A stretch of DNA of 64,000 nucleotides from Candidatus Poriferihabitaceae bacterium (GTDB lineage Bacteria > Pseudomonadota > Gammaproteobacteria > Arenicellales > Poriferihabitantaceae): positions 640,313 through 704,312 of the forward strand of contig CBDFKV010000007.1 in the NCBI GenBank assembly GCA_965249035.1. The letters run 5' to 3'. Positions 63,569 to 64,000 of the stretch are shown here, piece by piece. The notes below the pieces were generated by a model. That model was not told the DNA's origin and searched no databases. It saw nothing but the letters and a program-made list of their open reading frames with translations. A program made the translations under genes and the position numbers. Numbering within the stretch: the first letter of the stretch is position 1; the number at the start of each line of letters is the position of its first letter.

Positions 63569-64000
63569 CGATTGCGCCCGATATAGGGGGTTAACCAACC
63601 ATCAGTCATCGATGTTCGCAACGATTCGGGGTCGTATTGGGCGTTTACATGGATCGATTCGCGCGCACGCCAATGCGCTGCCAGCCCTTTAAGCGCGTGC
63701 CATTTTGCCTTAAAAATGATACCCGGACGACCACGCAAGGAGTAATACAGCAACGCCACGACATTCATCAGTAAATGCTGCGGTAAATAGCGCCAAAACC
63801 AAGAACGCGGCATATTCTTGACATAGGTCCAAACCAAATTTCGGTGGCCATGATAAATCGAAAAATCACTTTCTCGGGCTGTTATACCGGAGCCAACATG
63901 ACGCACCTTGCTGGCCGTGACGTGCTCGCCCTCATAACCTGCTATGCGTAAACGAAAACCCAAATCAACGTCTTCGATATAGCAAAAAAAAGATTCGTCG
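63565..64000 (-). CDS. Family-2 glycosyltransferase (partial; N-terminus beyond the window edge)
   Basis: The reading frame is open to the window end (…FFCYIEDVDLGFRLRIAGYE…HGHRNLVWTYVKNMP), the typical GT2 C-terminal region. Confidence 0.75.
   Translation of the reverse strand, partial: DESFFCYIEDVDLGFRLRIAGYEGEHVTASKVRHVGSGITARESDFSIYHGHRNLVWTYVKNMPRSWFWRYLPQHLLMNVVALLYYSLRGRPGIIFKAKWHALKGLAAHWRARESIHVNAQYDPESLRTSMTDGWLTPYIGRNR

Overview
Gene-dense chromosomal window with about 57 protein-coding genes, consistent with a gammaproteobacterium (yggS-proC-yggT, pilT, fadBA, gcvTHP synteny). I found no rRNA, tRNA, CRISPR array, integrase, intact transposase or recognisable defence gene.

Order of content:
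- 1-20.2 kb, housekeeping: yggT/proC/yggS, pilT, a cytochrome c-bactofilin-bcp operon, DAHP synthase, Sat-type ATP sulfurylase, queF, a SulP permease, GNAT/RidA, tgt-queA, an FGase-like hydrolase, and a LysR regulator divergent from gcvT-gcvH-gcvP-lipA.
- 20.2-27.4 kb, accessory-looking patch: 470 bp of non-coding DNA; a 571-aa membrane-anchored protein with five beta-sandwich repeats, bracketed by a perfect 15-bp direct repeat; a class V aminotransferase; an OYE reductase; and a 798-aa TM/spermidine-synthase-like/TM protein.
- 27.6-37.8 kb: glycerol regulon combining glpK and glpD with an ABC importer (two ATPases, two permeases, DUF2160, a large binding protein) and a DeoR/GlpR repressor with GlpR-like operators.
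- 37.9-52.4 kb: a YyaL-like protein, then a large beta-oxidation cluster (fadA, fadB, fadD, SCP2, a 600-aa ACAD, thioesterase, AraC regulator, dienoyl-CoA isomerase, fadH).
- 52.5-61.0 kb, the most interesting region: a 7.9-kb module (sigma-54 PAS activator, family-5 peptide/opine-type ABC importer, nitrilase-superfamily C-N hydrolase) that sits between two decayed IS5-family transposase fragments. The fragments are co-oriented and appear to be complementary halves of one gene.
- 61.0-64.0 kb: an MTAP-family phosphorylase, then a GT2-SDR fusion and a second GT2 (polysaccharide locus continuing off-window).

All function calls come from motif and family recognition by eye. No searches were run and GC content was not computed.
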